A stretch of 64,000 nt of DNA from Lama glama. Lineage: Eukaryota. Below the pieces are notes generated by a model. It did not search any database and was not told the origin of the DNA. It saw nothing but the letters and a program-made list of their open reading frames with translations. The translations under genes and the position numbers were made by a program. The stretch spans positions 33,792,001-33,856,000 of the forward strand of contig CM052816.1 of the NCBI GenBank assembly GCA_028534125.1, given 5' to 3'. Of this stretch, positions 40,010-52,623 are shown one piece after another (positions within the stretch are counted from its first letter, which is position 1; each line of letters starts with the position of its first letter).

Positions 40010-41095
40010 CTTTTTTGAAGTATAGTTTATTTATAATATTGTTTTTAATTTCAGATATACAGCAAAGTGATTCAGCTATATATACATTTTTCCAGATTAT
40101 TTTCCATTATAGGTTATTATAAGATAGTGAATATAGTCCCCTGTGTTATACAGTAAACTCTTGTTGTTTATCCATCTTGTGTATTGTAGTGTGTATCTGT
40201 TAATCACAAACTCCTAATTTATCCCTCTCTCTCCCCTCCCCATTTGATAACCACAGGTTGGTTTTCTATTTCTGTTAAGCTATTTCTGTTTTGTAAATAA
40301 GTTCATTTGTATCATGTTTTTAGTTTCCACATAAGAGTGATACCATATTTGTCTTTCACTGTCTGACTTACTTCACTTAACATGATAATCTCTAGGTCCA
40401 TCCATGTTGCTGCAAATGACATTATTTTACTCCTTTTTATTACTGAATAATATTCCATTGTGTGTGTTTGTGTGTGTGTTTATACACATATTATATATAA
40501 TACATATACATATCACATCTTCTTTGTCCATTTTTCTGTTGATGGGCATTTAGGTTGTTTCCATGTCTTGGCTATTGAAAATAGTGCTGCTATTGTGAAG
40601 GAAAAACCGGGCTGGTCTAACAAGATAACTCACAAATCTAAGTGTTGGAATACTGATCTGAGTTCTGCTAGACTAACCTGTAAATCTAGGTTAATTAGTG
40701 TTGGTTTGCTGTTCATGTGTTTTGCTAGCCAGCTGGATTTTCAAAGATACATACCTGGCTTTGGAATGTTGGTTTGCTGCCTCCCCGCCTCCGCTTTTGT
40801 GATGATAATGCTGCTAAAGCTGTTCCATGCCTATGGGCCTAATACCCCAAGCTTGTACTTTACCCTATAAAACCTCATGTGCACGTCTTGGAGGTGCTCA
40901 GAGCTTCAGAGCAGAAGCCCCTCTGAGCCCGCCGGCGTAATCCATCTGAGTACTCCAACCCTCCGAGTGGTGCTTGTTTCTTGACTGGCCTATCGTTTCC
41001 GTAACACTATGAACATTGAGGTGCACATATATTTTCAAATTAGAGTTTTCTCTGGATAAATGCCCAGGAGTGGATTGCTGTATCATAGTGTACTT
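40010..41095 (-). mobile_element. 5'-truncated L1 3' end interrupted by an LTR
   Basis: 'ttttgaagtatagtt...tctaggtccatccatgttgctgcaaatg...aatagtgctgctat[LTR]gaacattgaggtgca'. Confidence 0.88.
40594..41006 (+). mobile_element. Young ERV1-class solo LTR (413 bp), relative of the 29967-31034 element
   Basis: TGTGAAGGAAAA...TTTCCGTAACA with exact 4 bp TSD ctat/ctat. TATA 'cctataaaa'. R/U5 nearly identical to the other copy. Confidence 0.95.
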
Positions 41096-42796
41096 TAATT
41101 ATCTTAATAGAATCAGTTGTTAAAAACATAAAATTATTTCAAATTTACATCTTTGTAAGAATTTTTCCTATAACATAATATATATACACACATATTTTAT
41201 CACATCACCTGTCATGAAGAGAATTGTTACATTCATAATTTGGGGTCATAACCATGTGTCTGTCACATGATATGTTTTATTTTTCTTTAATAATACCTTA
41301 AGCCAACTCTATGATTTTTAACTTATCCTTATTCTAAGTACTAATACTTGTGAAATCACAGGTTTAATTGTAAGCTATGGTTTTAAAATATCCAATTAGT
41401 TAAATGTGTGATTATTACAATAAAAGCCTCGTCTGTGTATGCCCACAACATGTCTAATACCCCCAGTGCAACAGCATTTGGGAAAAAGTGATGGAGAATA
41501 GGGCAGTGGATTATGGCCACAAATGAACATCAGTGCATCAGTGAACCTCTCTGAGGCTTGATTTACTTGTGTGGAAAATCAGAGGATGAAATGGATGGTG
41601 TCTTGTCTCATAATCTTTCTTCTATGAGTGATGACTTGATCTAGAAAATGTGACTAGATGTCAGAAAAGACCAAAGCTTGCTTCCTGGCACCCAACTCAT
41701 ACATGAGTGAGTAACTGACTCCACTGGGCCTTTTCTGAACCCTTTCATCCTAGACAATGAGAAAATAGAGGCTTTATTACAGAATTCCAACCATATCACA
41801 TAAGCATGGAGAACATCTGCACATGTGATATGAAACCAAAATACAAAGCAATTAACTATTTTTTTCCTACAATATACGTCATTTATCTGGATTTTTCTTC
41901 TGTTTTTTTAAGTTGATTGGACTCTCTGGATGACTGTCTTCCATTTTCCCTTCTGTGTAGGGACCACCGGATTTTAGTAAAGTGTTCTCAGCTAGGACTT
42001 TCCTGAGGGCCGTGTCCAGATAAAGCAGCCAACAAAGAGCATTTCACATGCAACCAAAAAAATGTGCTAAATGCTGTCTGGATACAGACACTGTTGGGGG
42101 AGACATGATCAGCCACAAGCACCTCACAATCACTGCAGTTTCTTGGAAATAATGGTATTAAAGTCACAGGTCTATACACCTTTTCTATTCTATATGCTGT
42201 GTCAACTGGTATACTATTATTTGATGGATATACCTTTCTGTTTTTACTAATGCTGGCTAATTTTCACAGCAGTTCTTTATGAAAGAGCAGCTACTATTGA
42301 CTTCATTTATAATATAAGATTTATAAAAGAATACTGGAAGGCCTAAGGTAACTGTGGGGAAACTTGGTTTTCATTGGTGTCCTTATGCCCTACAGTCATA
42401 ATTTCCCATTTATTTCTGGGAAAAAATAACCAAGTATAAAATGTAAAATATATTGATAGGGAAAATAGTAGGAAACACTTGAAGTAAAGTTGTCCTGGGA
42501 ATTCTGGTTACCTGGTTATGTGGCTGCTATGTAGGGAAAGATGAACAAATGGGATTTGGGGCTCCCATCAGTTCCTTAGTTTCCTGATTAATTAGTTGAG
42601 CCATTTTAGTTACACATTTCAGAAACTTAATTCAAACCAGCGAATGCAAATAAAAAGGATAAAGTAATTTATCAAATCATGTAACGAAAACCCATGAATA
42701 GAGCTGGCCAGATAGGTTAAGTCCAGGCATTCAAATATTATTTTCAGGATCCTTTTTCTCTTTCTCTCTCACAGTCATACGTACAAACACACATTT

Positions 42797-42827
<31 letters not shown>

Positions 42828-45289
42828 GTCTCTCAGCAGACCATCTCCTCATAGTTGCCATACTAGCTAAAGATCACATAATCCTTTCTCTTTAACAAGG
42901 CCATCAAAAAAACAATTTATCTTTTTAAATACCTAGATACATATACAGATAAAATTCTTAGAACTTTGTTGCTCAGCTCAACATAGAATCTGTGCAACAT
43001 AGAACATAGTATAACCTTTTGTACAAAAGAGTTGGTGAGTGTTACCTGTCTGCACCTCAGCCACACACACTGAAACTAGGGGAGGGAAGCATTCCCCCAA
43101 AACATCAGTGGTCCTCTCCCAAAAGGAGGAGATGTGTGCTGTGACATAAGATAGGATAAGATAACATACATAAGATAGCGGAATCTTCACTAGGCTTGTG
43201 TCCTTCTAGTCAGTGAGGGTTAGTATAATGTCCTCAAGCACTTACAACTCCAGAGGGGGATTAGAAACCTCAAGAAACGTTGAGTAGACCGTAGAAAATT
43301 ACAGAGAACAGAGCACCATTTTCTATAATTTAGGGGTTTTATCTTCATACCTTTCACCTAGTCCCTCAGAAAGAGCGGTGTCACTCTGTCTAATTGCCCA
43401 AAGGACCCTGGATCCTGCAGTGAGCCTCCCTAGAAATGGTGCTAAGAGAGCAGGGACCAAGCACCAAGGGAAGGAGGAGGCTGGCAAGTGCCCTTCCAGA
43501 CAGGATGAACTGCTGCTGCCCTGGGGTTTTGATGATGGGACCCACTGTCAGCAGGAGCCATTTCAGAGAAGAGCCCTTGCAGATGGGAGCAGCTGTGGGG
43601 AGCCTGTGCCAGGAGCAGTTCCCAGAGTTGCTGCTGGGAAGCCACTTTGTGAGCAAAAACAAAAACTGCCAAAAATCTCTGACATCTTTATCACACCATT
43701 GTAAATAAACAGAAAGGTCTGGCGTGAGGGTAAGATCATTGGTCTTTCTAAATACCATGCATTTATATCCATATCTAATTGATATAGGTAGAGATATAGA
43801 TACACAGTATAGAAATATAGATAAAGATCTCAGAAGACTATATATTTCTCTGCATTCCAGTACACAGTAAAGGATCAAATTCATTCCTTTTATCACTCAC
43901 TTTATGTACCCCCTCTCAACAAAAGAAAATTTTAAACTTTCTGAGATGATTGCCATCTAGAAGAGGAAAGAAGTCTGTAAATAAATGTTTAGAATACAGT
44001 TGTAACTGTGACATTTTATAGTTGTAAAATGTTATCTGGGTAAGCCCAAAGGGAAAAATTGTCTTTGCCTGAAAGACTTGAATAAAGTTTTACTGAAGGT
44101 GACACATCTCATCTGATCTTAACGAATGGAGGGCCCAGCAATTCTAACAGGAGTGCAAACTTGCTACAGAACTAAGAATTGCATTTCATATTTCAAAATG
44201 TCACCTTGGAAAAAATGGTTGTGTATATTACAATTTCAATGAAGAAGTAAGGTAACTAGCTCTCAGAAGTGTGCAGGTTAAATGCCAGATGAATATTTTG
44301 GAAAATATATTTAGTGGACTAAAAGAATATTTCAAATGTTTGATACATACTTAATGTATATATATGTACAATTTCCTTCCAAAGTTGATATGATCTGTTC
44401 CTTGATGATGTAAAGTAAAAGTAACAAACATAGCTGATTTTGTCTTTTACTTTTCTAACCTTTGTTTCTTCTCACTATCATCTTTGTAGATTTCTTCTCC
44501 AGAAGTTTACAGCAAGTAAGAGAAACATGGTCCCATTGCCTGATTGTTACATTTAAGAAACTATTACTAAATAAATAATAACAGATTTTCAGCATTTGCT
44601 GAAAGTTATTATATCATACACATTACACTGTGTAATTTATAGGTATTAAGTTATTTAATTCCCTTTAAAATACTGTAAGGAACATAGTATTAATGATCTC
44701 AGTTTTTAATAAAGAGACAGATTTGGCAACTTTAATCAAGTATCACACAGCTAGTGGGTGGCAATGTTACCACCTTAGCCAGGCTCTCTAATTTCAGGTG
44801 ATTTCAACACTAAAGTAAAGGGACTGGAAACCATAGTGTAAATTGCTTTAAGGATATTTGTTTTAAGGTGACTATTTGAATACTTTCTTAGCTCAAGAAA
44901 AATAATTTTGTCCTTCTAAATATTTTTCCCAATTCATAAAATGCCTCAAGATCATGATAAATCTCATGTTTACTTTGTTCTCAAACATAAAGACATGACT
45001 GAAATAAGGTCATGCAGAAATATTTATAGTGATTCACAAAATCAACATAGATTCCAGATGACCAAATGCCAACTCACCCTCCAGGAGAACAGGTGCCTTC
45101 TTGAATGTGGAAGCCGGGACTTCTTGGTTGTTAGTTTATAAGCCTTTTCAACTACCTATTAGTTTCCTCCAGATGATCTCTAAAGTTTTATAAGCCCTAA
45201 GTGATCCTTATAAAATGCTGAAAAAACTTTGGAGGCATAATCCCATCTCACTCCTAAGTGCTTTTATTAACATGCAATAAAATTAGACA

Positions 45290-45660
45290 CCGTTTGAACT
45301 CACTTATATGTGGAATCTGGAAAAAAAAAATCCAAACTGATAGAAGAAAAGTTCAGATTTGTGGTTACCAGAGGTGGGGGTGAAGGGAGGGGGAATTGGA
45401 GGAGGGTGGTAAAAAAAAATACAACCTTCCGGTTATAAGGTAAATAATGACTACTAGAGATGGAGTGTACAACACGATGACTAGAGTTAACATCTCTGTA
45501 GGGTATATTTGAAAGCTGTTAAGAGAGTAGATCCTAAGAGCTTTCATCACAAGGAAAAAACATTTTTTCTTTTTCTTTTTTTTTTTGTATCTATATGAAA
45601 TGACAGATGTTAGCTTAATGTGGCGATCGTTTCACAATACATGTAAGTTGGATCATTAAA
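45290..45660 (+). mobile_element. L1MA-type 3' end
   Basis: 'cacttatatgtggaatct...gtggttaccagagg...aaagctgttaagagagtagatcctaagag'. Confidence 0.85.
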
Positions 45661-46251
45661 TACAGTTTTTAATCAAGTCTTTGTTACATAAAGAGTTGGT
45701 ACGAGATCTGCCAATTAGGTCCTGGGCTATACATAATATGACAGTTTATCTAGTTTAATAAAGTATCTTATAATAATGGCACAAATTATGTAACAGCTGG
45801 TAGCTCTCATTACACCTCCCACTCTTGTACTGGCTTTGCAACCTAAAGCTAAACTCTTGCCTGCTTTCCAGCTTTCTTATTTAGTTGACCACCAACCAAC
45901 TCTTGGGTAGAAATGGTAAGCAGAGGCAGGGTGTCTAATGACAAGAGCCCTGGGAGAAGAAATAAGAAAGGCAGAGATCCAGTTCAGGTTTGGCTGACAT
46001 GCCATATGTTGTTGGAGAGACAGTACATCTCTCCAGACCTACCAGATTCCACATCTGTAAAGGGGACTGATGATCCTGCCGTCTATACCTCTTATGAGTT
46101 TGAGACTAAAGCATGGTGATTAGCGTGAAAAGACATTGTAGTTACAGGCTTTAGGGTTTTATTTTCTGATTAGCAATAAAAACTGCACTTCACCCTCTTT
46201 CCTGATCAGTGCAAACTCTCCAAAAAGGTACTGTAAAATCATTAACTAAAG

Positions 46252-46618
46252 GTATTAGTTACCAATCACTGTGTAACAAATTATCACGAAACTTAGCAGC
46301 TGACCACGTATGTGACATTTAGTGACAACCACGACCATGTATTCTCGCCCATAGTTTCCGAGGGTCAGGAATCAGGGAGTGGCTTCGCTGCTTGGTTCTG
46401 GCTCAGGGTCTCTTATGAAGTTGCAGTCAAGCTGTCAGACAGGGCTGCATGCATGTCAATGTTTAGCCACAGTTGAAGGATCTGTTTCTAAGTTCACTCA
46501 TATAATAGTAGGTGTTGGGTCCTCAGTAGCTGTTGGCCAGTTAACTCAGTTTTGCAGTATATGGTCCTGTTTACTCCGTTGCCTTAAAACATGGAAGCTG
46601 GCTTCCCCTAGATGGAAT

Positions 46619-46666
<48 letters not shown>

Positions 46667-46830
46667 ACATACACCCATGGTGGAAATCTTTTATAACCTA
46701 ATCTTAGAAATGACATACATGCATAAACTGTCATGCAGACCCTCCCTGGCACAATGTGGGAGCAGACCACACGAGAGGGTGAGTTCTATAGGTGGGGATG
46801 ATTGGGAGCCATCTTCGAGACTGGCTACCC
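46252..46830 (-). mobile_element. MLT1F-like MaLR LTR containing (GA)n
   Basis: 'tattagttacc...tgtgtaacaaattatcac...gagggtcaggaatcagg...gagactggctacc'. (GA)n at 46619-46662. Confidence 0.75.
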
Positions 46831-46854
46831 CAGGAAGGTAGGGAAAAGACAAAG

Positions 46855-46998
46855 TAATAGAACTCAAGTGTGGTCTAGAGACGAGCCTGCTAGGGATGCA
46901 CAGTCCCAGGTCCCACCCAGACCACTGAATGAGAATCTGCATTGTGAGAACTTCCCTACATGATTCATATGCACATTGAAGGGAGAGAAACCCTGCTG
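46855..46998. mobile_element. MER5-like hAT MITE
   Basis: 'ctcaagtgtggtc...cccacccagaccactgaatgagaatctgcatt...tgattcatatgcacattgaa...gagaaaccctg'. Confidence 0.75.
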
Positions 46999-47013
46999 TG
47001 TGAATATGATTCT

Positions 47014-47457
47014 TTTTTTTAACTTAAAAAAATTGAGATATAATTAATGTACAATAGTATCTAACTTATAGGTGTACAATACAGTGATTCACAATTTTTA
47101 AAAAGTTATAATCCATTTATAGTGATTATAAAATATTGGCTATATTCCCTATGTTGTGCTATACATCCTTGCAGTTTATTTTATACATAATAGTTTGTAC
47201 CTCTTAATCCCCTACCTCTATATTGCCCCTCCCCACTTCCCTCTCCCCACTGGTAACTGCTCGTTTGTTCTCTGTACCTGTGACTGTTTCCTTTTTGTTA
47301 TAGTCACTAGTTTGTTGTGTTTTTTTAGATTCCACATGCAAGAGAGATCATTACAGTATTTGTCTTTTTCTGTCTGACTTATTTCACTTAACATAATACC
47401 CTCCTAGTCTATCCATGTTGTTGCAAATGTTTCATTCTTTTTTATGGCAAAATAGTA

Positions 47458-47488
<31 letters not shown>

Positions 47489-48166
47489 ATTTATATATAT
47501 GCATACATACACACACATACAAACACCCCCCACATCTTTATCTATTCATCTGTTGATGGACACTTAGATTGTTTCCGTATCTTGGCAATTTTAAGTAATG
47601 CTGCTATAGACATTGGGGTGCATGTATCTTTTTGAATTAGTGTTTTCGTTTTCTTTGGCTATTTACCCAGGTGTGGAATTGCTGGATAATATGGTAGTTC
47701 TATTTTTAGTTTTTTGAGGAATTTCCAGACTGTTTTCCACAGTGGCTACACTAATTGACATTCCTACTAATAGTGAACAAGAGTTAACTTTTCTCCACAT
47801 CCTTGCTAACAGCGTTTGTTATTCGTAGTCATTTTGCTGATGGTCATTTTGCTGATAGCTATTCTGACAGATACGAGGTGATACTTCATGGTGTTTTTAT
47901 TTTGCATTTCTCTGATAATTAATGATGTTAAGCACCTTTCATGTGCCTGTTGGCCATCTGAATGTCTTCTTTGGAAAAATGTCTATTCATGTCTTCTGCC
48001 CATTTTTTAATTGCCTTTTTTTCTGTTGACTTGTCTATATATTTTGTGTATTAACTTGTTACCAGTTATATAATTAGCAAATATTTTCTTCCATTTAGTA
48101 GGTTGTTTTTTCATTTTGTTGGTGGTTTCCTTTGCTGTGCAAAGCTTTTAAGTCTAATAGGATCTA
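47014..48166 (-). mobile_element. 5'-truncated L1 with internal (TG)n
   Basis: Same 3' end type as at 21482. TSD aatatgattct / aatgtgattct. Confidence 0.9.
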
Positions 48167-48661
48167 AATGTGATTCTGTTATATTTCCTTGAAAAAAACT
48201 GATCATTCTTAATATGTACTAGCAGTTTAAAACCTTACAATGAAACCAGCATTATCTTTGGGAGAAACATCTTAATAAATACTTCCATACCATTTTTTGT
48301 CATCTTTCACTAAGATATGTTTATTACTATCATAGCTGTGTCATAGACAATATCTCTGATTAAACATTTTTCTTCTCATTTCTCTGAAAAATGGAAAATC
48401 CATATAGTTCCTTATTTTATTTGTGCAATTAATAAACGTTATTTATTACTACCCTGTTCTGCTGGACCTCACCTCATGTTCTAAACAGCAGGGCAACCGA
48501 GAGGGGACTGGGAATGCTATTTGACACAGATATGTATGTTCTGTATCCACACGAAACAAAGCAAAATTTGCATCTTAATTGCCGGCAGCAGCTTAACGTA
48601 AGAACTATCTTTGGGAAAAACTATCTTCATGAGTTGCGTGGCAAAGAAGATTGTTGTGTAG

Positions 48662-48870
48662 TAGAGGTTGGCAATCTTTTTGTTAAAGGATCAGATAGCA
48701 GATGTTCTTATGTTGAGGGCCTGGTAGTAGGATCTCTGTAGCAACTATACAGATCTGCTGTTGTTGCACAAAAGTAGTGATAGGCAATATGTAAATGAGT
48801 GGATTTGACTGTGTTCTGTTAAAAGTTCATTTATGAAAACAGGCACCTGGTCCCTAGTTTTCTTACCCTG
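48662..48870. mobile_element. MER58-like hAT MITE
   Basis: 'agaggttggcaatcttttt...caactatac...aatatgtaaatgagtgg...aaaacaggc...accctg'. Confidence 0.75.
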
Positions 48871-49162
48871 TTATGGTGGATGCTCAGAAAAGCCGCAGTT
48901 CTGCACTCCTTAGCAGAGCCATGTAAATCACGAAGTAGTCTTACTTCTTATGAGAAGAGAGAAGATTAATAAATTATTCGTAAAGCAATATAGACTAAAT
49001 GCCCTTGCATACTTTCTCAAACTTATACCATGGGGAAATTAGTGATAGTTAATTATCATTTTGTTTGGATTTCCACAGGTCATAGATTTTTAAAAAATTG
49101 TTAACATACTTGTTTAATTTGTAAACACACAGAACACAAATTAAACTAAATTTGCCAAATTC

Positions 49163-49525
49163 TTTTTTTATTTTTTAAATTGAAATATATTTGATGTACA
49201 GTATTATATAAGCCATAGATGTACAACATAGTGATTCACAATTTTTAAAAGGTATATTCCATTTATATTTATTATAAAATATTAGCTATATTGCTTGTGT
49301 TGTACAATGTATCCTTGCAGCTTATTTATTTTATACATAATAGTTTGTATCTCTTAACCCCCTTATGAAGACAATAGTCAGACTGGATAAGGGCCCACCC
49401 CCAGTGGCTTCCTTTTAACTTAATTACCTCTTTAAAAACCCTACTCCAAATACAGTCACATTCTAAGGCACTGGAGTTAGGGCTTTCAGCCATGAACTTT
49501 AGGGGGCACAGTTCAGTCCATAACA
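49163..49525 (-). mobile_element. L1 3' end (to ~49361) fused to a partial MLT1 LTR (49362-49525)
   Basis: L1 'tatacataatagtttgtatctcttaacccc' runs directly into MLT1 'cttatgaagac...agggcccaccc...acagttcagtccataaca'. Confidence 0.8.
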
Positions 49526-49940
49526 AAATAAAGGTTGGTTCTAATTGAGATGGAGGCAATCACTTGACACATCCACTTAAATTACATAATACTATGTACT
49601 CCACACTCCACATAATAATAATGCACAATTTATGAGTACATTAAAAAAAATCTATCTTTCCATTTATAATCCATAGACTATCATAAAATGCATCTTTTGG
49701 TGAGGATATAACCAAAATATCTTGCTTTCAAGGAGCAGTAATGATGGAGCAGTATCACTGTTGCAAGTTGTGAGGTCTGTTTCCAGTGTGGCACCATAGG
49801 ATCACTGCTGAAGCGATGGCATGATGTGGCTTGTGTGTTAGTTCCTGCTGTGTGTTCTCAGAGCCTGGCTCACCCAGATATGCCACAAAGTATTTAGCAT
49901 AACTTAATATATCCTTTTTCTGATTAAACTACTTAAAGTT
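49511..49940 (+). repeat. Inverted duplication, left arm (430 bp)
   Basis: Reverse complement of 52186-52623. Manual alignment gives about 26 substitutions and 3 indels. Confidence 0.97.
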
Positions 49941-52185
49941 TAACTATTTAAGTATCATATAATAATAGATCATATATAAAAATATATAATTTATATACAA
50001 AGTTGTATATACAAAACATATATAATATATACCATACATGTTTACATATAATTATATATCATGTATAAGTACATATATGATATATTTTATATAATATAAA
50101 ATGTGATATGATATAAATACTTATTAACTATGCCCACTTCTTGAATATGAGTCCATCTAGGCAGGAATCTTCTTTTTATTATTCATTTTCTCCCTAGAAT
50201 CTAGCATAGACCCTGACATGGACTCAGTAAATATTTACTGAATGAAGGAATGAATGAGGCCAGAATTTTTTCAAGAGAAGAAATAAGAAAGGTGACAAAC
50301 TTAAATAATTTTGTAGGTGGGATGTGAGGAAGTTGAAGAAATTCTACAGGAAGTTCTAAAATGTATCTTACAATTTATTCCTTAGAAATTAGAGGATATA
50401 AAAGAAAACTGAGCTTTTTTGATGTTTTGAAATTATCATTATAAATATCATTTACTGATTATGTCTCAATAGGACTAAGGTAATATTGAAATACTACATA
50501 TGCTAACACTGGTGTTTCCATCAGGTATCCTGACCACGTTAGTTTTTCTCTTAGTTTCTTTCCAGCTATCCCCATGATTGCTTCTTGCATTATTTATAAA
50601 CTTGTCTGATTCCCAACTTTGGGAAGCTTGCATGGTATACTGGAAAGAAAATGAATTTGGATTAGACAAATGTAGTTTTGAATTCCAGCTTTATCTTTTA
50701 CTACTGTTGTATCCTTGGGAAAGTTGAACACTTGAGGTTCAGTTTCCTCTTTGATAGAATAAAGACAGTTATACCAAACAAGAGAAAAAATGGTGACAAT
50801 GTAAGAAAATGTGTGCAAGGTGGTGGTGCATAGTGGGTTCTCCACAAAAGGCAACAGTTACAAAAAAAGCCAATCTTAGTCATTTTAGAACTCTTGGCAT
50901 TCAGCCCATTTCTTTGCTGTTATCAGGTGCCTGATAAATGTTTGAACTGGATTCTTTCTACTGTCAAGGAAGCTGTTTCCTTTTGTTTTCTTTATAATTT
51001 CTTTCCTTGATGTTGCTGTCACTTCACTTTTTTTCTTTTTGATTTTCTCTCTCCAATTACAGCCATTTCTTCATTGCACTGCTGCAGGAAAATTTGATTT
51101 TTGTGTATATCTCATGAGCCAGTACACGTCCTAGATGAGAAATCATGCAGTCATTTTCTCTCTTCTAGTGCTTCTAACTGTCTGCTTGGTTTTCTTTCTC
51201 TGGCCTCTCTCTTCAAGCAGAGGAGCATTTAGTTCTTTTTGTTTCTGTGGTTAGAGATGTCAGGTGAGGTGTAATTTTAAATTTTGAATATGCTTTGCTG
51301 ATTGAGGAAGCCAGCTACAATAAAGCCTCTCCCAATTTCCTGTTTAAAAACGTACCAGAGAAATAAAAGAAAGGGAAAACCCAAAGCAAGAAAAGCAATG
51401 ACAGCGAGTCAACCAACTGCCAGAATCTCGGAGGATTTTCCGTTTACTGAGAGTTTTAAAACGTCACTGTGTGTTGCTGTCAAAGACTGACTCATAAGGA
51501 ATAAAACAATTCCAAGTATCCAAAAGTAGGTAGGAATGCATCTACCTTTACCCCTATTGTCTGCTCAATCCTATTTTTGTAGTTCAGTCAGGGAAGAAAC
51601 CTTTACCATCATTTTCTGGCAGAGTTCCCATGCTAGTAAATGGTTTGACTTGCCAGGAATGACTCCCACAAAACATTCTTACGGGGCTCAGTAGATATAA
51701 GCTCATGAGGTTTTACAGACAAAAGGAGCTCCTCAAGCGGCTTCGGAAGCCCAGAGTCCTGTAATTGGCTTTCTGAGACCCAACCTAGGAGCATCAGGAG
51801 GTAAGAGGTTATTGTAGCAGTAATTGGCAATTTGAAGTGGTAACTCTTTATAGTTTGGGAACATAACTTACTTAAGAGCAAGTCATCTTTTTGACATTCT
51901 TCAAGTAGATGTGGGTTTATGTTGTTTTACAAGTGTTTGTTTTTTCCCCCACCCACACTCCGCCACCTCCATGTCCATTAGCATAAGTACAAAAGGTTGG
52001 AGGTGGTGCCAAAGAGCGGCAGAGTTTATGCTACATCTGATGAATGGTCTTGCGGTGTTAGAGGCTGTTAAGATCGATATGCATTTGATTTGGGCTTTTG
52101 TAATGCATAATGGCCCACTTAGTCACTTGGGATAACTTTGACTTTAATTCATTATAAGTTTTGTGGGGGTTATTTGGGCCAAGGT

Positions 52186-52623
52186 AACTTTAAGTAGTTT
52201 AATCAAAAAAAGAATATATTAAATTATGCTAAATACTTTGCGGCATATCTGGGTGAGCCAGGGAGCCAGGCTCTGAGGACACGCAGCAGGGACTAACACA
52301 CAAGCCACATCATGCCATCGCTTCAGCAGTGATCCTGTGGTGCCACCACTGGAAACAGACCTTACAGCTTGCAACAGTGATACTGCTCCATCATTACTGT
52401 TCCTGGAAAGCAAGATATTTTGGTTATATCTTCAGCAGAAGATTCATTTTATGATACTCTATGGATTATAAATGGAAAGATAGATTTTGTTAATGAACTG
52501 ATAAATTATGCATTATTATTATGTGGAGTGTGGAGTACATATTATTATGTAATTTAAGTGGATGTGTCAAATAATTGCCTCCATCTCAATTAGAACCCAC
52601 CTTTGTTTTGTTATGGACTGAAC
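52186..52623 (-). repeat. Inverted duplication, right arm (438 bp)
   Basis: Reverse complement of 49511-49940, carrying an extra 8 bp tandem copy (gagccagg). Confidence 0.97.

Noticed and set aside
29967..41006. One provirus bounded by the two related LTRs
   Set aside because: Opposite orientations, separate TSDs and no retroviral internal sequence between them.
49511..52623. DNA transposon with long TIRs
   Set aside because: No TSD outside the arms, no transposase, and the left arm begins inside a pre-existing MLT1 terminus.
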